Part shown: positions 12,089 to 23,926 of the stretch, piece after piece
Layout: the number at the start of each line of letters is the position of its first letter
How positions within the stretch are numbered: position 1 is the stretch's first letter
Source of the DNA: Escherichia coli
GTDB taxonomy: Bacteria > Pseudomonadota > Gammaproteobacteria > Enterobacterales > Enterobacteriaceae
Assembly (NCBI RefSeq): GCF_003334315.1
Contig: NZ_QOWR01000043.1
Strand: one strand, 5' to 3'
DNA length: 42,323 nucleotides
Position numbers and translations under genes: made by a program
The notes under the pieces: model-generated
Database searches by the model: none
What the model was told of the DNA's origin: nothing
Seen by the model: the letters and a program-made list of their open reading frames with translations, nothing else

Positions 12089-13155
12089 TGAGAAAAATTC
12101 TGATAACAGGTGGTGCCGGGTTTATTGGCTCGGCGCTGGTGCGTTATATCATCAACGAAACGAGCGACGCGGTGGTAGTGGTCGATAAGCTGACCTACGC
12201 CGGAAACCTGATGTCGCTGGCACCGGTCGCGCAAAGCGAGCGCTTTGCCTTTGAGAAAGTTGATATCTGCGATCGGGCAGAACTGGCACGCGTATTCACT
12301 GAGCATCAGCCAGACTGTGTCATGCATCTGGCAGCCGAAAGCCATGTTGACCGTTCTATTGACGGCCCGGCAGCGTTTATTGAAACCAACATTGTCGGGA
12401 CTTATACATTGCTTGAAGCGGCGCGGGCTTACTGGAATGCGCTGACGGAAGATAAAAAATCAGCGTTCCGTTTTCATCATATCTCCACTGACGAAGTATA
12501 TGGTGACCTGCACTCGACGGATGATTTCTTCACCGAAACCACGCCGTATGCGCCGAGCAGCCCTTATTCCGCGTCAAAAGCCAGCAGCGACCATCTGGTG
12601 CGCGCCTGGCTGCGGACCTATGGTCTGCCGACGCTTATCACCAACTGCTCGAATAACTACGGCCCTTACCACTTTCCGGAAAAACTGATCCCGCTGATGA
12701 TCCTCAACGCGCTGGCGGGTAAATCGCTGCCGGTATATGGCAACGGGCAGCAAATCCGTGACTGGCTGTATGTGGAAGATCACGCCCGCGCGCTGTATTG
12801 CGTGGCGACCACCGGGAAAGTCGGTGAAACCTATAATATTGGTGGTCACAACGAGCGTAAGAATCTCGATGTTGTGGAAACCATTTGCGAGCTGCTGGAA
12901 GAACTGACTCCGAACAAGCCGCACGGCGTGGTGCACTATAGTGACTTGATCACCTTTGTCGCTGACCGTCCGGGGCATGATCTGCGTTATGCCATTGATG
13001 CTTCGAAAATTGCCCGTGAACTTGGCTGGCTGCCGCAGGAAACCTTTGAAAGTGGAATGCGTAAAACGGTGCAGTGGTATCTGGCTAATGAAAGCTGGTG
13101 GAAGCAGGTGCAGGACGGCAGCTATCAGGGCGAGCGTTTAGGTCTGAAAGGCTAA
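12088..13155 (+). CDS. rffG: dTDP-glucose 4,6-dehydratase RffG, 355 aa
   Basis: ORF 12088..13155; SDR motif TGGAGFIGS; start overlaps wecC stop. Confidence 0.95.
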   Translation: MRKILITGGAGFIGSALVRYIINETSDAVVVVDKLTYAGNLMSLAPVAQSERFAFEKVDICDRAELARVFTEHQPDCVMHLAAESHVDRSIDGPAAFIETNIVGTYTLLEAARAYWNALTEDKKSAFRFHHISTDEVYGDLHSTDDFFTETTPYAPSSPYSASKASSDHLVRAWLRTYGLPTLITNCSNNYGPYHFPEKLIPLMILNALAGKSLPVYGNGQQIRDWLYVEDHARALYCVATTGKVGETYNIGGHNERKNLDVVETICELLEELTPNKPHGVVHYSDLITFVADRPGHDLRYAIDASKIARELGWLPQETFESGMRKTVQWYLANESWWKQVQDGSYQGERLGLKG

Positions 13156-13173
13156 TTTTCAGCGGAGGCAAAC

Positions 13174-14055
13174 ATGAAAGGTATTATCCTGGCGGGCGGT
13201 TCCGGCACCCGATTGCATCCGATTACGCGCGGCGTATCGAAGCAACTGTTGCCGATTTACGATAAGCCAATGATTTACTATCCGCTGTCGGTGCTGATGC
13301 TGGCCGGTATCCGCGAAATTCTCATCATCACTACGCCGGAAGATAAAGGTTATTTCCAGCGCCTGCTGGGCGATGGTAGTGAGTTCGGTATCCAGCTGGA
13401 ATATGCCGAACAGCCCAGCCCGGACGGTCTGGCGCAGGCCTTTATCATCGGTGAAACCTTCCTTAATGGTGAACCTTCTTGTCTGGTGCTGGGCGATAAC
13501 ATCTTCTTCGGTCAGGGCTTCAGTCCGAAGCTGCGTCATGTTGCGGCGCGCACCGAAGGGGCGACGGTTTTTGGCTATCAGGTGATGGACCCGGAACGCT
13601 TTGGCGTGGTGGAGTTTGACGACAATTTCCGCGCTATCTCGCTGGAAGAAAAGCCAAAACAGCCGAAGTCAAACTGGGCGGTGACCGGGCTTTATTTCTA
13701 CGACAGTAAAGTCGTGGAGTACGCAAAGCAGGTGAAGCCGTCGGAGCGTGGTGAACTGGAGATTACCTCCATCAACCAGATGTACCTCGAGGCGGGCAAC
13801 CTGACCGTTGAACTGCTCGGGCGCGGATTTGCCTGGCTGGATACCGGCACTCACGACAGCCTGATTGAAGCCAGCACCTTTGTACAGACGGTGGAAAAAC
13901 GCCAGGGCTTTAAGATTGCCTGCCTGGAAGAGATTGCCTGGCGTAACGGCTGGCTCGATGACGAGGGTGTGAAGCGTGCTGCCAGTTCATTAGCGAAAAC
14001 TGGCTACGGCCAATATCTGCTGGAGTTACTTCGTGCCCGTCCGCGCCAGTATTGA
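13174..14055 (+). CDS. rffH: Glucose-1-phosphate thymidylyltransferase RffH, 293 aa
   Basis: ORF 13174..14055; nucleotidyltransferase motif [11 protein letters not shown]. Confidence 0.95.
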
Positions 14056-14707
14056 GCCACTAACCTGGGAAAACGCCTTCTTTGGTGTTAACAGCGCCAT
14101 CGTGCGCATTACGTCTGAAGCACCGCTCCTGACGCCAGACGCGTTAGCGCCGTGGTCACGGGTGCAGGCCAAAATTGCGGCATCAAATACGGGTGAACTG
14201 GATGCCCTGCAACAGCTGGGATTCTCCCTGGTAGAAGGTGAAGTTGATTTGGCGCTACCCGTGAACAATGCCAGTGATAGCGGTGCTGTAGTGGCACAAG
14301 AGACCGATATTCCCGCATTACGTCAGTTAGCCAGCGCCGCATTTGCGCAAAGCCGTTTTCGTGCGCCGTGGTATGCGCCTGACGCCAGCAGTCGCTTTTA
14401 TGCACAGTGGATTGAAAATGCCGTGCGCGGCACCTTTGATCATCAATGTCTGATTTTACGTGCGGCGTCCGGCGATATTCGCGGCTATGTCTCTTTACGG
14501 GAACTCAATGCGACAGATGCGCGAATTGGCCTGCTGGCTGGACGCGGTGCAGGTGCTGAGCTGATGCAAACGGCGCTAAACTGGGCGTATGCTCGCGGTA
14601 AAACAACTTTGCGGGTGGCGACCCAAATGGGCAACACCGCCGCGCTTAAACGATACATACAAAGTGGTGCGAATGTAGAAAGCACCGCGTACTGGTTATA
14701 CAGGTGA
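14033..14707 (+). CDS. wecD: dTDP-fucosamine acetyltransferase WecD (GNAT family); start codon uncertain
   Basis: ORF 14033..14707 begins at GTG and overlaps the rffH 3' end by 23 nt; a shorter product from an internal GTG (codon 44) is possible; acetyl-CoA-binding-like C-terminal half. Confidence 0.8.
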
Positions 14708-14711
14708 TCAC

Positions 14712-15842
14712 ATGATTCCATTTAACGCACCGCCGGTGGTGGGAACCGAACTCGACTATATGCAGTCGGCAATGGGTAGCGGCAAACTGTGTGGCGATGG
14801 CGGTTTTACCCGTCGCTGCCAGCAGTGGCTGGAGCAACGTTTTGGCAGCGCCAAAGTGTTACTGACGCCGTCCTGCACCGCTTCGCTGGAGATGGCGGCG
14901 CTGCTGCTCGATATCCAGCCTGGCGATGAAGTGATCATGCCGAGCTACACCTTTGTCTCCACCGCCAATGCCTTTGTGCTGCGTGGCGCAAAAATCGTTT
15001 TTGTGGATGTTCGCCCGGACACCATGAACATCGACGAAACGCTGATTGAAGCGGCGATCACCGACAAAACGCGCGTTATCGTGCCGGTCCATTACGCGGG
15101 TGTGGCCTGCGAAATGGACACCATTATGGCGTTGGCGAAAAAGCATAATTTGTTTGTGGTAGAAGATGCCGCTCAGGGCGTGATGTCCACTTACAAAGGG
15201 CGTGCACTGGGAACCATTGGTCATATTGGCTGCTTTAGCTTCCATGAAACCAAAAACTACACGGCGGGCGGTGAAGGCGGCGCGACGCTGATTAACGATA
15301 AAGCGTTAATCGAACGAGCCGAGATCATCCGTGAAAAGGGCACTAACCGCAGCCAGTTCTTCCGTGGTCAGGTCGATAAATATACCTGGCGCGATATTGG
15401 CTCCAGCTATTTGATGTCCGATCTGCAAGCTGCATACCTGTGGGCGCAACTGGAAGCAGCGGATCGTATCAACCAGCAACGTCTGGCGCTGTGGCAAAAC
15501 TACTACGATGCGTTAGCGCCTCTGGCGAAAGCCGGGCGTATCGAGCTGCCGTCGATTCCCGATGGCTGCGTGCAGAACGCGCATATGTTCTACATTAAAC
15601 TGCGGGATATTGATGACCGGAGCGCGTTGATTAACTTTCTGAAAGAAGCGGAAATCATGGCGGTGTTTCATTACATTCCGCTGCACGGTTGCCCTGCGGG
15701 GGAACACTTTGGTGAGTTCCACGGTGAAGATCGCTACACCACCAAAGAGAGCGAGCGCCTGCTGCGCCTGCCGCTGTTCTACAACCTGTCGCCCGTCAAT
15801 CAGCGTACGGTAATTGCGACTTTGTTGAACTACTTTTCCTGA
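14712..15842 (+). CDS. wecE: dTDP-4-amino-4,6-dideoxygalactose transaminase WecE, 376 aa
   Basis: ORF 14712..15842; DegT/DnrJ/EryC1-type PLP aminotransferase. Confidence 0.95.
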   Translation: MIPFNAPPVVGTELDYMQSAMGSGKLCGDGGFTRRCQQWLEQRFGSAKVLLTPSCTASLEMAALLLDIQPGDEVIMPSYTFVSTANAFVLRGAKIVFVDVRPDTMNIDETLIEAAITDKTRVIVPVHYAGVACEMDTIMALAKKHNLFVVEDAAQGVMSTYKGRALGTIGHIGCFSFHETKNYTAGGEGGATLINDKALIERAEIIREKGTNRSQFFRGQVDKYTWRDIGSSYLMSDLQAAYLWAQLEAADRINQQRLALWQNYYDALAPLAKAGRIELPSIPDGCVQNAHMFYIKLRDIDDRSALINFLKEAEIMAVFHYIPLHGCPAGEHFGEFHGEDRYTTKESERLLRLPLFYNLSPVNQRTVIATLLNYFS

Positions 15843-15843
15843 T

Positions 15844-17094
15844 ATGTCGTTGGCAAAAGCGTCCTTGTGGACGGCGGCCAGTACACTGGTCAAGATTGGT
15901 GCCGGGTTACTGGTCGGTAAGTTGCTGGCGGTGTCATTTGGTCCGGCGGGGCTTGGGCTGGCGGCAAATTTCCGCCAGTTGATTACCGTGCTCGGCGTGC
16001 TTGCCGGGGCTGGCATCTTTAACGGTGTAACCAAATACGTTGCCCAGTACCATGATAATCCGCAACAGCTGCGCCGCGTGGTCGGCACTTCATCAGCGAT
16101 GGTACTTGGTTTCTCTACGCTGATGGCGCTGGTTTTTGTGCTGGCAGCTGCGCCAATCAGCCAGGGATTGTTTGGTAATACCGACTATCAGGGGCTGGTG
16201 CGTTTAGTGGCGCTGGTGCAAATGGGGATCGCCTGGGGCAACCTGTTACTGGCGCTGATGAAAGGCTTTCGCGATGCCGCAGGTAATGCGTTATCGCTGA
16301 TTGTCGGCAGCTTGATTGGCGTTCTCGCGTACTACGTCAGTTACCGTTTGGGCGGTTATGAAGGGGCGTTGCTGGGTCTGGCGCTGATTCCCGCGCTGGT
16401 GGTAATTCCTGCCGCCATCATGTTGATCAAACGTGGTGTCATCCCGTTAAGCTATCTGAAACCCAGCTGGGATAACGGTCTGGCAGGGCAGTTGAGCAAA
16501 TTTACGCTCATGGCGTTGATTACGTCGGTGACCTTGCCTGTTGCTTACATCATGATGCGTAAACTGCTGGCGGCGCAGTATAGCTGGGATGAGGTGGGGA
16601 TCTGGCAAGGGGTGAGCAGTATTTCCGATGCCTACCTGCAATTTATTACGGCATCGTTCAGCGTATATTTGCTGCCCACGTTGTCGCGGCTAACGGAAAA
16701 GCGCGATATCACCCGGGAAGTGGTTAAATCGCTGAAATTCGTCTTACCGGCAGTGGCGGCGGCGAGTTTTACCGTCTGGCTGCTGCGTGATTTTGCTATC
16801 TGGCTGCTGTTGTCGAATAAATTTACCGCTATGCGCGATCTCTTTGCCTGGCAGTTAGTGGGTGATGTGTTAAAAGTGGGCGCTTATGTCTTTGGTTATC
16901 TGGTGATCGCCAAAGCGTCACTGTGGTTTTATATTCTGGCGGAAGTCAGCCAGTTCACTTTATTGATGGTATTTGCCCACTGGCTAATCCCTGCGCATGG
17001 TGCACTGGGCGCGGCGCAGGCATATATGGCAACTTATATCGTCTATTTTTCTCTTTGTTGTGGCGTGTTTTTACTCTGGCGTAGGCGGGCATGA
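15844..17094 (+). CDS. wzxE: ECA lipid III flippase WzxE, 416 aa
   Basis: ORF 15844..17094; polytopic membrane protein of the Wzx flippase family. Confidence 0.93.
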   Translation: MSLAKASLWTAASTLVKIGAGLLVGKLLAVSFGPAGLGLAANFRQLITVLGVLAGAGIFNGVTKYVAQYHDNPQQLRRVVGTSSAMVLGFSTLMALVFVLAAAPISQGLFGNTDYQGLVRLVALVQMGIAWGNLLLALMKGFRDAAGNALSLIVGSLIGVLAYYVSYRLGGYEGALLGLALIPALVVIPAAIMLIKRGVIPLSYLKPSWDNGLAGQLSKFTLMALITSVTLPVAYIMMRKLLAAQYSWDEVGIWQGVSSISDAYLQFITASFSVYLLPTLSRLTEKRDITREVVKSLKFVLPAVAAASFTVWLLRDFAIWLLLSNKFTAMRDLFAWQLVGDVLKVGAYVFGYLVIAKASLWFYILAEVSQFTLLMVFAHWLIPAHGALGAAQAYMATYIVYFSLCCGVFLLWRRRA

Positions 17095-18170
17095 CTGTAC
17101 TGATTCACGTACTGGGATCGGATATCCCTCACCATAACCGAACCGTTTTGCGGTTTTTCAATGACGCGCTGGCCGCGACGAGCGAGCACGCGCGCGAGTT
17201 TATGGTTGTTGGCAAGGACGACGGCTTAAGTGATAGCTGTCCGGCGCTTTCTGTGCAATTTTTCCCTGGGAAAAAATCGCTGGCGGAAGCGGTCATCGCG
17301 AAAGCAAAAGCTAACCGTCAGCAGCGTTTTTTCTTCCACGGTCAGTTCAATCCCACACTGTGGCTGGCTCTGCTGAGTGGTGGCATTAAGCCCAGCCAGT
17401 TTTTCTGGCATATCTGGGGGGCAGACCTGTATGAGCTTTCCAGTGGCTTGAGATATAAGCTTTTTTACCCACTACGTCGCCTGGCGCAAAAGCGAGTCGG
17501 CTGTGTATTTGCCACCCGCGGCGATTTGAGCTTTTTTGCCAAAACGCACCCAAAGGTGCGGGGCGAACTGCTGTACTTCCCGACGCGGATGGACCCTTCG
17601 CTCAATACGATGGCGAACGATCGGCAACGTGAAGGGAAAATGACCATTCTGGTGGGGAACTCCGGCGACCGCAGCAATGAGCATATTGCTGCCTTGCGCG
17701 CCGTTCATCAGCAATTTGGCGATACGGTAAAAGTGGTGGTGCCGATGGGATATCCGCCTAATAACGAAGCGTACATTGAGGAAGTTCGTCAGGCGGGGCT
17801 GGAGTTATTCAGCGAAGAAAATCTACAAATTCTGAGCGAAAAACTGGAATTTGACGCCTATCTGGCGCTACTTCGTCAGTGCGATCTTGGTTACTTTATT
17901 TTTGCCCGCCAGCAGGGCATTGGTACGCTGTGCTTACTGATTCAGGCGGGCATTCCTTGTGTGCTTAACCGGGAAAATCCGTTCTGGCAGGATATGACGG
18001 AACAATATTTGCCGGTGCTGTTTACTACCGACGATCTCAACGAGGATATTGTGCGTGAAGCGCAGCGCCAGTTGGCGTCGGTGGATAAAAACACCATTGC
18101 CTTCTTTAGCCCTAACTATCTACAAGGCTGGCAGCGGGCGTTGGCGATTGCCGCCGGGGAGGTCGCATGA
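17091..18170 (+). CDS. wecF: TDP-Fuc4NAc:lipid II Fuc4NAc transferase WecF, 359 aa
   Basis: ORF 17091..18170; start overlaps wzxE stop; position in ECA cluster. Confidence 0.93.
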   Translation: MTVLIHVLGSDIPHHNRTVLRFFNDALAATSEHAREFMVVGKDDGLSDSCPALSVQFFPGKKSLAEAVIAKAKANRQQRFFFHGQFNPTLWLALLSGGIKPSQFFWHIWGADLYELSSGLRYKLFYPLRRLAQKRVGCVFATRGDLSFFAKTHPKVRGELLYFPTRMDPSLNTMANDRQREGKMTILVGNSGDRSNEHIAALRAVHQQFGDTVKVVVPMGYPPNNEAYIEEVRQAGLELFSEENLQILSEKLEFDAYLALLRQCDLGYFIFARQQGIGTLCLLIQAGIPCVLNRENPFWQDMTEQYLPVLFTTDDLNEDIVREAQRQLASVDKNTIAFFSPNYLQGWQRALAIAAGEVA

Positions 18171-19519
18171 GTCTGCTGCAATTCAGTGGCCTGTTTGTTG
18201 TCTGGCTGCTCTGCACGCTGTTTATTGCCACGCTGACCTGGTTTGAGTTTCGCCGTGTGCGCTTTAACTTCAATGTCTTCTTTTCATTGCTGTTTTTGCT
18301 CACCTTTTTCTTCGGCTTCCCGCTGACCAGCGTGCTGGTATTTCGCTTTGATGTTGGTGTCGCGCCGCCAGAAATCTTGTTGCAGGCGTTGCTTTCTGCG
18401 GGCTGCTTCTACGCGGTTTACTATGTCACCTACAAAACCCGCCTACGCAAACGCGTTGCTGATGTACCGCGCCGTCCGCTGTTTACCATGAACCGCGTGG
18501 AGACCAATCTTACGTGGGTGATCCTGATGGGTATCGCGCTGGTAAGCGTCGGCATCTTCTTCATGCACAACGGCTTTTTGCTGTTCCGGCTTAACTCCTA
18601 CAGTCAGATCTTTTCCAGTGAAGTCTCCGGCGTGGCGTTAAAACGCTTCTTTTACTTTTTCATCCCGGCGATGCTGGTGGTCTACTTTCTGCGCCAGGAC
18701 AGCAAAGCGTGGCTGTTTTTCCTCGTCAGCACGGTCGCCTTTGGCTTGCTGACTTATATGATTGTCGGCGGCACTCGCGCCAATATCATCATCGCATTCG
18801 CTATCTTCCTGTTTATTGGCATTATTCGCGGCTGGATTTCGTTGTGGATGCTGGCGGCGGCGGGCGTGCTGGGGATTGTTGGCATGTTCTGGCTGGCACT
18901 AAAACGCTATGGAATGAATGTGAGCGGCGATGAAGCGTTCTATACGTTTCTCTATCTCACTCGCGACACCTTCTCGCCGTGGGAGAATCTGGCGTTGCTG
19001 TTGCAGAACTACGACAACATCGACTTCCAGGGCCTGGCTCCAATTGTCCGCGATTTCTATGTCTTTATCCCTTCCTGGCTGTGGCCGGGTCGCCCGAGTA
19101 TGGTGCTGAACTCAGCCAACTACTTTACCTGGGAAGTGCTGAATAACCACTCCGGACTGGCGATCTCGCCTACGCTTATAGGCTCACTGGTGGTGATGGG
19201 CGGCGCGTTGTTCATCCCGCTCGGGGCGATCGTGGTTGGTCTGATCATCAAATGGTTCGACTGGCTGTATGAGCTGGGCAACCGCGAGCCTAATCGCTAT
19301 AAAGCTGCGATATTGCACAGTTTCTGCTTTGGGGCGATCTTCAATATGATCGTGCTGGCGCGTGAAGGGCTGGATTCGTTTGTCTCACGCGTGGTCTTTT
19401 TTATCGTGGTCTTCGGCGCATGTCTGATGATCGCAAAACTGTTGTACTGGCTTTTTGAAAGCGCCGGACTCATTCATAAACGTACAAAATCATCGCTCCG
19501 GACGCAGGTTGAAGGATAA
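18167..19519 (+). CDS. wzyE: ECA polymerase WzyE, 450 aa
   Basis: ORF 18167..19519; highly hydrophobic polytopic membrane protein; start overlaps wecF stop. Confidence 0.93.
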   Translation: MSLLQFSGLFVVWLLCTLFIATLTWFEFRRVRFNFNVFFSLLFLLTFFFGFPLTSVLVFRFDVGVAPPEILLQALLSAGCFYAVYYVTYKTRLRKRVADVPRRPLFTMNRVETNLTWVILMGIALVSVGIFFMHNGFLLFRLNSYSQIFSSEVSGVALKRFFYFFIPAMLVVYFLRQDSKAWLFFLVSTVAFGLLTYMIVGGTRANIIIAFAIFLFIGIIRGWISLWMLAAAGVLGIVGMFWLALKRYGMNVSGDEAFYTFLYLTRDTFSPWENLALLLQNYDNIDFQGLAPIVRDFYVFIPSWLWPGRPSMVLNSANYFTWEVLNNHSGLAISPTLIGSLVVMGGALFIPLGAIVVGLIIKWFDWLYELGNREPNRYKAAILHSFCFGAIFNMIVLAREGLDSFVSRVVFFIVVFGACLMIAKLLYWLFESAGLIHKRTKSSLRTQVEG

Positions 19520-19521
19520 CA

Positions 19522-20262
19522 ATGAATAACAACACCACGGCACCAACCTATACGCTGCGTGGCTTACAGTTGATTGGTTGGCGTGATATGCAGCACGCCC
19601 TCGATTATCTGTTTGCTGACGGGCAGCTTAAGCAGGGAACGCTGGTTGCCATTAATGCTGAAAAAATGCTGACTATTGAAGATAACGCCGAGGTCAGGGA
19701 GTTAATTAACGCTGCCGAATTTAAATATGCGGATGGCATCAGCGTTGTACGTTCAGTACGTAAAAAGTACCCGCAGGCGCAGGTTTCCCGCGTTGCCGGT
19801 GCCGATCTCTGGGAAGAGCTGATGGCGCGCGCAGGCAAAGAAGGGACGCCGGTATTTCTTGTGGGCGGTAAACCTGAAGTGCTGGCGCAAACTGAAGCTA
19901 AACTGCGCAACCAGTGGAATGTGAATATCGTTGGCAGTCAGGATGGTTATTTTAAACCCGAGCAGCGTCAGGCGCTGTTTGAACGCATTCATGCCAGCGG
20001 TGCGCAAATCGTCACCGTTGCGATGGGATCGCCAAAGCAGGAGATCATCATGCGCGACTGCCGTCTGGTACATCCAGATGCGCTGTATATGGGCGTTGGC
20101 GGGACTTACGATGTTTTCACCGGTCACGTAAAACGCGCACCGAAAATCTGGCAAACGCTGGGGCTGGAGTGGCTCTACCGCCTGCTTTCGCAGCCGAGCC
20201 GCATTAAGCGTCAGCTTCGTTTGCTGCGTTATTTACGCTGGCACTACACCGGCAACCTATGA
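19522..20262 (+). CDS. wecG: UDP-ManNAcA:lipid I ManNAcA transferase WecG, 246 aa
   Basis: ORF 19522..20262; WecB/TagA/CpsF glycosyltransferase family; last gene of the ECA cluster. Confidence 0.95.
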   Translation: MNNNTTAPTYTLRGLQLIGWRDMQHALDYLFADGQLKQGTLVAINAEKMLTIEDNAEVRELINAAEFKYADGISVVRSVRKKYPQAQVSRVAGADLWEELMARAGKEGTPVFLVGGKPEVLAQTEAKLRNQWNVNIVGSQDGYFKPEQRQALFERIHASGAQIVTVAMGSPKQEIIMRDCRLVHPDALYMGVGGTYDVFTGHVKRAPKIWQTLGLEWLYRLLSQPSRIKRQLRLLRYLRWHYTGNL

Positions 20263-20280
20263 TTTTCCTCTCTTTGTAAA

Positions 20281-20319
20281 GCGACGGAGTGGTCACTCCG
20301 TCGCCTGTCTGCTTTTTTA
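20281..20319 (+). terminator. Rho-independent terminator at the end of the wec operon
   Basis: Hairpin gcgacggagtg-gtc-actccgtcgc followed by ctgtctgctttttt. Confidence 0.8.
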
Positions 20320-20452
20320 TTACACAAAGCATTCAAATTTTTAATGCTTTATTTGCCATTTCTCCTGAATTACGAAAACATTTGCAACACTCGATGTACC
20401 CATAACGATAACCGGTAACACCGGAAAGCATGCAAACACAACACGAGGATTT

Positions 20453-21838
20453 ATGGCAGATAACAAACCAGAGCTACAGCGTGGGCTGGAAGCTCGACAT
20501 ATCGAACTCATCGCCCTGGGGGGCACCATTGGCGTCGGCCTGTTTATGGGGGCCGCCAGTACCCTGAAATGGGCCGGGCCATCCGTATTGTTGGCCTATA
20601 TCATCGCCGGGCTGTTCGTCTTTTTCATCATGCGTTCAATGGGCGAAATGTTGTTCCTCGAACCGGTTACCGGTTCGTTCGCCGTTTATGCGCATCGTTA
20701 TATGAGCCCGTTCTTTGGCTATCTCACCGCCTGGTCTTACTGGTTTATGTGGATGGCGGTGGGGATCTCTGAAATCACCGCCATTGGCGTTTATGTCCAG
20801 TTCTGGTTCCCGGAGATGGCGCAGTGGATACCCGCATTGATCGCAGTGGCGCTGGTGGCGTTGGCGAATCTGGCGGCGGTGCGGTTGTACGGCGAAATCG
20901 AGTTCTGGTTCGCGATGATCAAAGTCACCACGATTATCGTGATGATTGTCATTGGCCTGGGCGTGATTTTCTTTGGCTTTGGCAATGGCGGGCAGTCGAT
21001 TGGTTTTAGCAATCTCACAGAGCATGGCGGTTTCTTTGCGGGTGGCTGGAAAGGGTTCCTGACCGCTCTGTGTATTGTGGTGGCGTCCTACCAGGGCGTG
21101 GAGCTGATTGGCATTACTGCCGGTGAAGCGAAGAATCCGCAGGTGACGCTGCGCAGTGCCGTAGGCAAGGTGCTGTGGCGGATCCTGATTTTCTACGTAG
21201 GCGCGATTTTCGTTATCGTCACCATCTTCCCGTGGAATGAAATAGGCAGCAACGGCAGCCCGTTCGTACTGACTTTTGCCAAAATCGGTATTACCGCAGC
21301 GGCGGGCATTATCAACTTTGTGGTGCTGACGGCTGCGCTCTCTGGCTGTAACAGCGGCATGTACAGTTGCGGACGTATGCTCTACGCACTGGCGAAAAAC
21401 CGTCAGTTACCGGCGGCAATGGCGAAAGTTTCCCGTCACGGCGTACCGGTTGCGGGTGTGGCAGTATCTATTGCTATTCTGCTAATTGGCTCATGCCTGA
21501 ACTACATCATTCCCAATCCGCAGCGTGTGTTTGTCTACGTCTACAGTGCCAGCGTGCTTCCGGGGATGGTGCCATGGTTTGTGATATTGATAAGCCAGCT
21601 GCGTTTTCGGCGTGCACATAAAGCGGCGATTGCCAGCCATCCGTTCCGCTCAATCCTGTTCCCGTGGGCCAATTACGTAACAATGGCATTCCTGATTTGC
21701 GTTTTGATCGGCATGTACTTTAATGAAGATACGCGTATGTCGCTGTTTGTTGGCATCATCTTTATGCTGGCGGTGACGGCGATTTATAAAGTTTTTGGCC
21801 TTAATCGCCACGGGAAAGCGCATAAACTGGAGGAATAA
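20453..21838 (+). CDS. yifK: Amino acid permease (APC superfamily) YifK, 461 aa
   Basis: ORF 20453..21838; 12-TM amino acid permease fold. Confidence 0.93.
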
Positions 21839-21890
21839 GCAGCAAAACGCACAAACCGTAACCAAACGCGCAATTTATTTAAAAAGGGAC

Positions 21891-21919
21891 TAGACAGAGG
21901 GGTGGGAAGTCCGTATTAT
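21891..21919 (+). promoter_or_regulatory. Promoter of the argX-hisR-leuT-proM tRNA operon
   Basis: tagaca (21891..21896), 17-bp spacer, tattat (21914..21919), GC-rich discriminator ccaccccc, AT-rich upstream tract; about 20 bp before argX. Confidence 0.6.
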
Positions 21920-21940
21920 CCACCCCCGCAACGGCGCTAA

Positions 21941-22017
<77 letters not shown>

Positions 22018-22074
22018 TTTAGTCCCGGCGCTTGAGCTGCGGTGGTAGTAATACCGCGTAACAAGATTTGTAGT

Positions 22075-22151
22075 GGTGGCTATAGCTCAGTTGGTAGAGC
22101 CCTGGATTGTGATTCCAGTTGTCGTGGGTTCGAATCCCATTAGCCACCCCA
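22075..22151 (+). tRNA. hisR: tRNA-His (anticodon GUG), with extra 5' G(-1)
   Basis: ggtggctatagctcagttggtagagccctggattgtgattccag...ggttcgaatcccattagccacccca. Confidence 0.95.
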
Positions 22152-22171
22152 TTATTAGAAGTTGTGACAAT

Positions 22172-22258
22172 GCGAAGGTGGCGGAATTGGTAGACGCGCT
22201 AGCTTCAGGTGTTAGTGTCCTTACGGACGTGGGGGTTCAAGTCCCCCCCCTCGCACCA
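22172..22258 (+). tRNA. leuT: tRNA-Leu (anticodon CAG), class II with long variable arm
   Basis: gcgaaggtggcggaattggtagacgcgctagcttcaggtgttag...gggggttcaagtcccccccctcgcacca. Confidence 0.95.
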
Positions 22259-22300
22259 CGACTTTAAAGAATTGAACTAAAAATTCAAAAAGCAGTATTT

Positions 22301-22377
22301 CGGCGAGTAGCGCAGCTTGGTAGCGCAACTGGTTTGGGACCAGTGGGTCGGAGGTTCGAATCCTCTCTCGCCGACCA
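22301..22377 (+). tRNA. proM: tRNA-Pro (anticodon UGG)
   Basis: cggcgagtagcgcagcttggtagcgcaactggtttgggaccag...ggttcgaatcctctctcgccgacca. Confidence 0.95.
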
Positions 22378-22385
22378 ATTTTGAA

Positions 22386-22410
22386 CCCCGCTTCGGCGGG
22401 GTTTTTTGTT
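22386..22410 (+). terminator. Rho-independent terminator of the tRNA operon
   Basis: ccccgc-ttcg-gcgggg hairpin followed by tttttt. Confidence 0.9.
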
Positions 22411-22523
22411 TTCTGTGCATTTCGTCACCCTCCCTTCGCAATAAACGCCCGTAATAACTCATTGCCCCACGGTATGATTTCGCCCTTAACGTATTGAAGG
22501 ATGACTTCAGGCAAGGAGTGACC

Positions 22524-23759
22524 ATGCTGCAACAGGTTCCAACGCGTGCTTTTCATGTGATGGCGAAACCGAGTGGTTCCGATTGTAATCTGAACTGTGA
22601 CTACTGTTTTTATCTCGAAAAACAATCCCTTTACCGCGAAAAGCCAGTCACGCATATGGACGATGACATGCTGGAAGCGTATGTCCGTCACTATATCGCT
22701 GCCAGCGAACCGCAAAACGAAGTGGCTTTTACCTGGCAGGGCGGCGAACCAACGCTACTCGGGCTGGAGTTTTACCGCCGTGCCGTAGCGCTACAGGCGA
22801 AATATGGTGCTGGCAGGAAGATAAGTAACAGCTTCCAGACTAACGGCGTGCTGCTGGATGACGAATGGTGCGCGTTTCTCGCGGAGCATCATTTTCTTGT
22901 TGGTTTATCGCTGGATGGCCCGCCTGAGATCCACAATCAATATCGCGTGACTAAAGGTGGCAGACCCACGCATAAGCTGGTGATGCGTGCCCTGACGTTC
23001 CTGCAAAAACATCATGTCGACTATAACGTGCTGGTCTGCGTTAATCGCACCAGCGCGCAGCAACCGTTGCAGGTATATGATTTTTTGTGCGATGCGGGAG
23101 TGGAATTCATCCAGTTTATTCCGGTGGTCGAGCGCCTGGCTGATGAAACGGCTGCCCGCGAAGGACTGAAATTGCATGCGCCTGGTGATATTCAGGGTGA
23201 GCTAACGGAATGGTCTGTGCGCCCCGATGAATTTGGTGAATTTCTGGTGGCGATTTTTGACCACTGGATCAAACGCGACGTCGGCAAGATTTTCGTGATG
23301 AATATCGAATGGGCGTTTGCCAATTTTGTCGGTGCGCCGGGTGCGGTTTGCCATCATCAGCCAACCTGTGGGCGCTCGGTGATTGTTGAGCACAATGGCG
23401 ACGTTTACGCCTGCGATCACTATGTTTATCCGCAATATCGGCTGGGGAATATGCACCAGCAAACAATTGCAGAAATGATCGATTCCCCGCAACAGCAGGT
23501 GTTTGGTGAAGATAAATTTAAGCAGTTACCGGCGCAGTGTCGTAGTTGTAACGTGTTAAAAGCGTGCTGGGGAGGCTGCCCGAAACACCGCTTTATGCTC
23601 GATGCCAGCGGCAAGCCTGGGCTGAATTATTTATGTGCCGGGTATCAGCGTTATTTTCGCCATCTGCCGCCGTATCTTAAAGCAATGTCTGATTTGCTGG
23701 CGCATGGCCGCCCGGCCAGCGACATTATGCATGCGCATTTGCTGGTGGTGAGTAAGTAA
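22524..23759 (+). CDS. aslB: Anaerobic sulfatase-maturating enzyme homolog AslB (radical SAM), 411 aa
   Basis: ORF 22494..23759; start MLQQVPTRAF at ATG 22524 with aggag RBS; CxxxCxxC motif CNLNCDYC plus C-terminal Cys clusters. Confidence 0.92.
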   Translation: MLQQVPTRAFHVMAKPSGSDCNLNCDYCFYLEKQSLYREKPVTHMDDDMLEAYVRHYIAASEPQNEVAFTWQGGEPTLLGLEFYRRAVALQAKYGAGRKISNSFQTNGVLLDDEWCAFLAEHHFLVGLSLDGPPEIHNQYRVTKGGRPTHKLVMRALTFLQKHHVDYNVLVCVNRTSAQQPLQVYDFLCDAGVEFIQFIPVVERLADETAAREGLKLHAPGDIQGELTEWSVRPDEFGEFLVAIFDHWIKRDVGKIFVMNIEWAFANFVGAPGAVCHHQPTCGRSVIVEHNGDVYACDHYVYPQYRLGNMHQQTIAEMIDSPQQQVFGEDKFKQLPAQCRSCNVLKACWGGCPKHRFMLDASGKPGLNYLCAGYQRYFRHLPPYLKAMSDLLAHGRPASDIMHAHLLVVSK

Positions 23760-23769
23760 AAAAGCGGCC

Positions 23770-23920
<151 letters not shown>

Positions 23921-23926
23921 GCCGGC

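Noticed and set aside
15513-16088. 191-aa minus-strand ORF spanning the wecE/wzxE junction
   Set aside because: Antisense to two strongly supported ECA genes; translation is Arg/Pro-rich low complexity.
22073-22525. ORFs 22073..22267 (+) and 22277..22525 (-) overlapping the tRNA cluster
   Set aside because: They are read through hisR/leuT and proM respectively; the tRNA genes fully explain the sequence.
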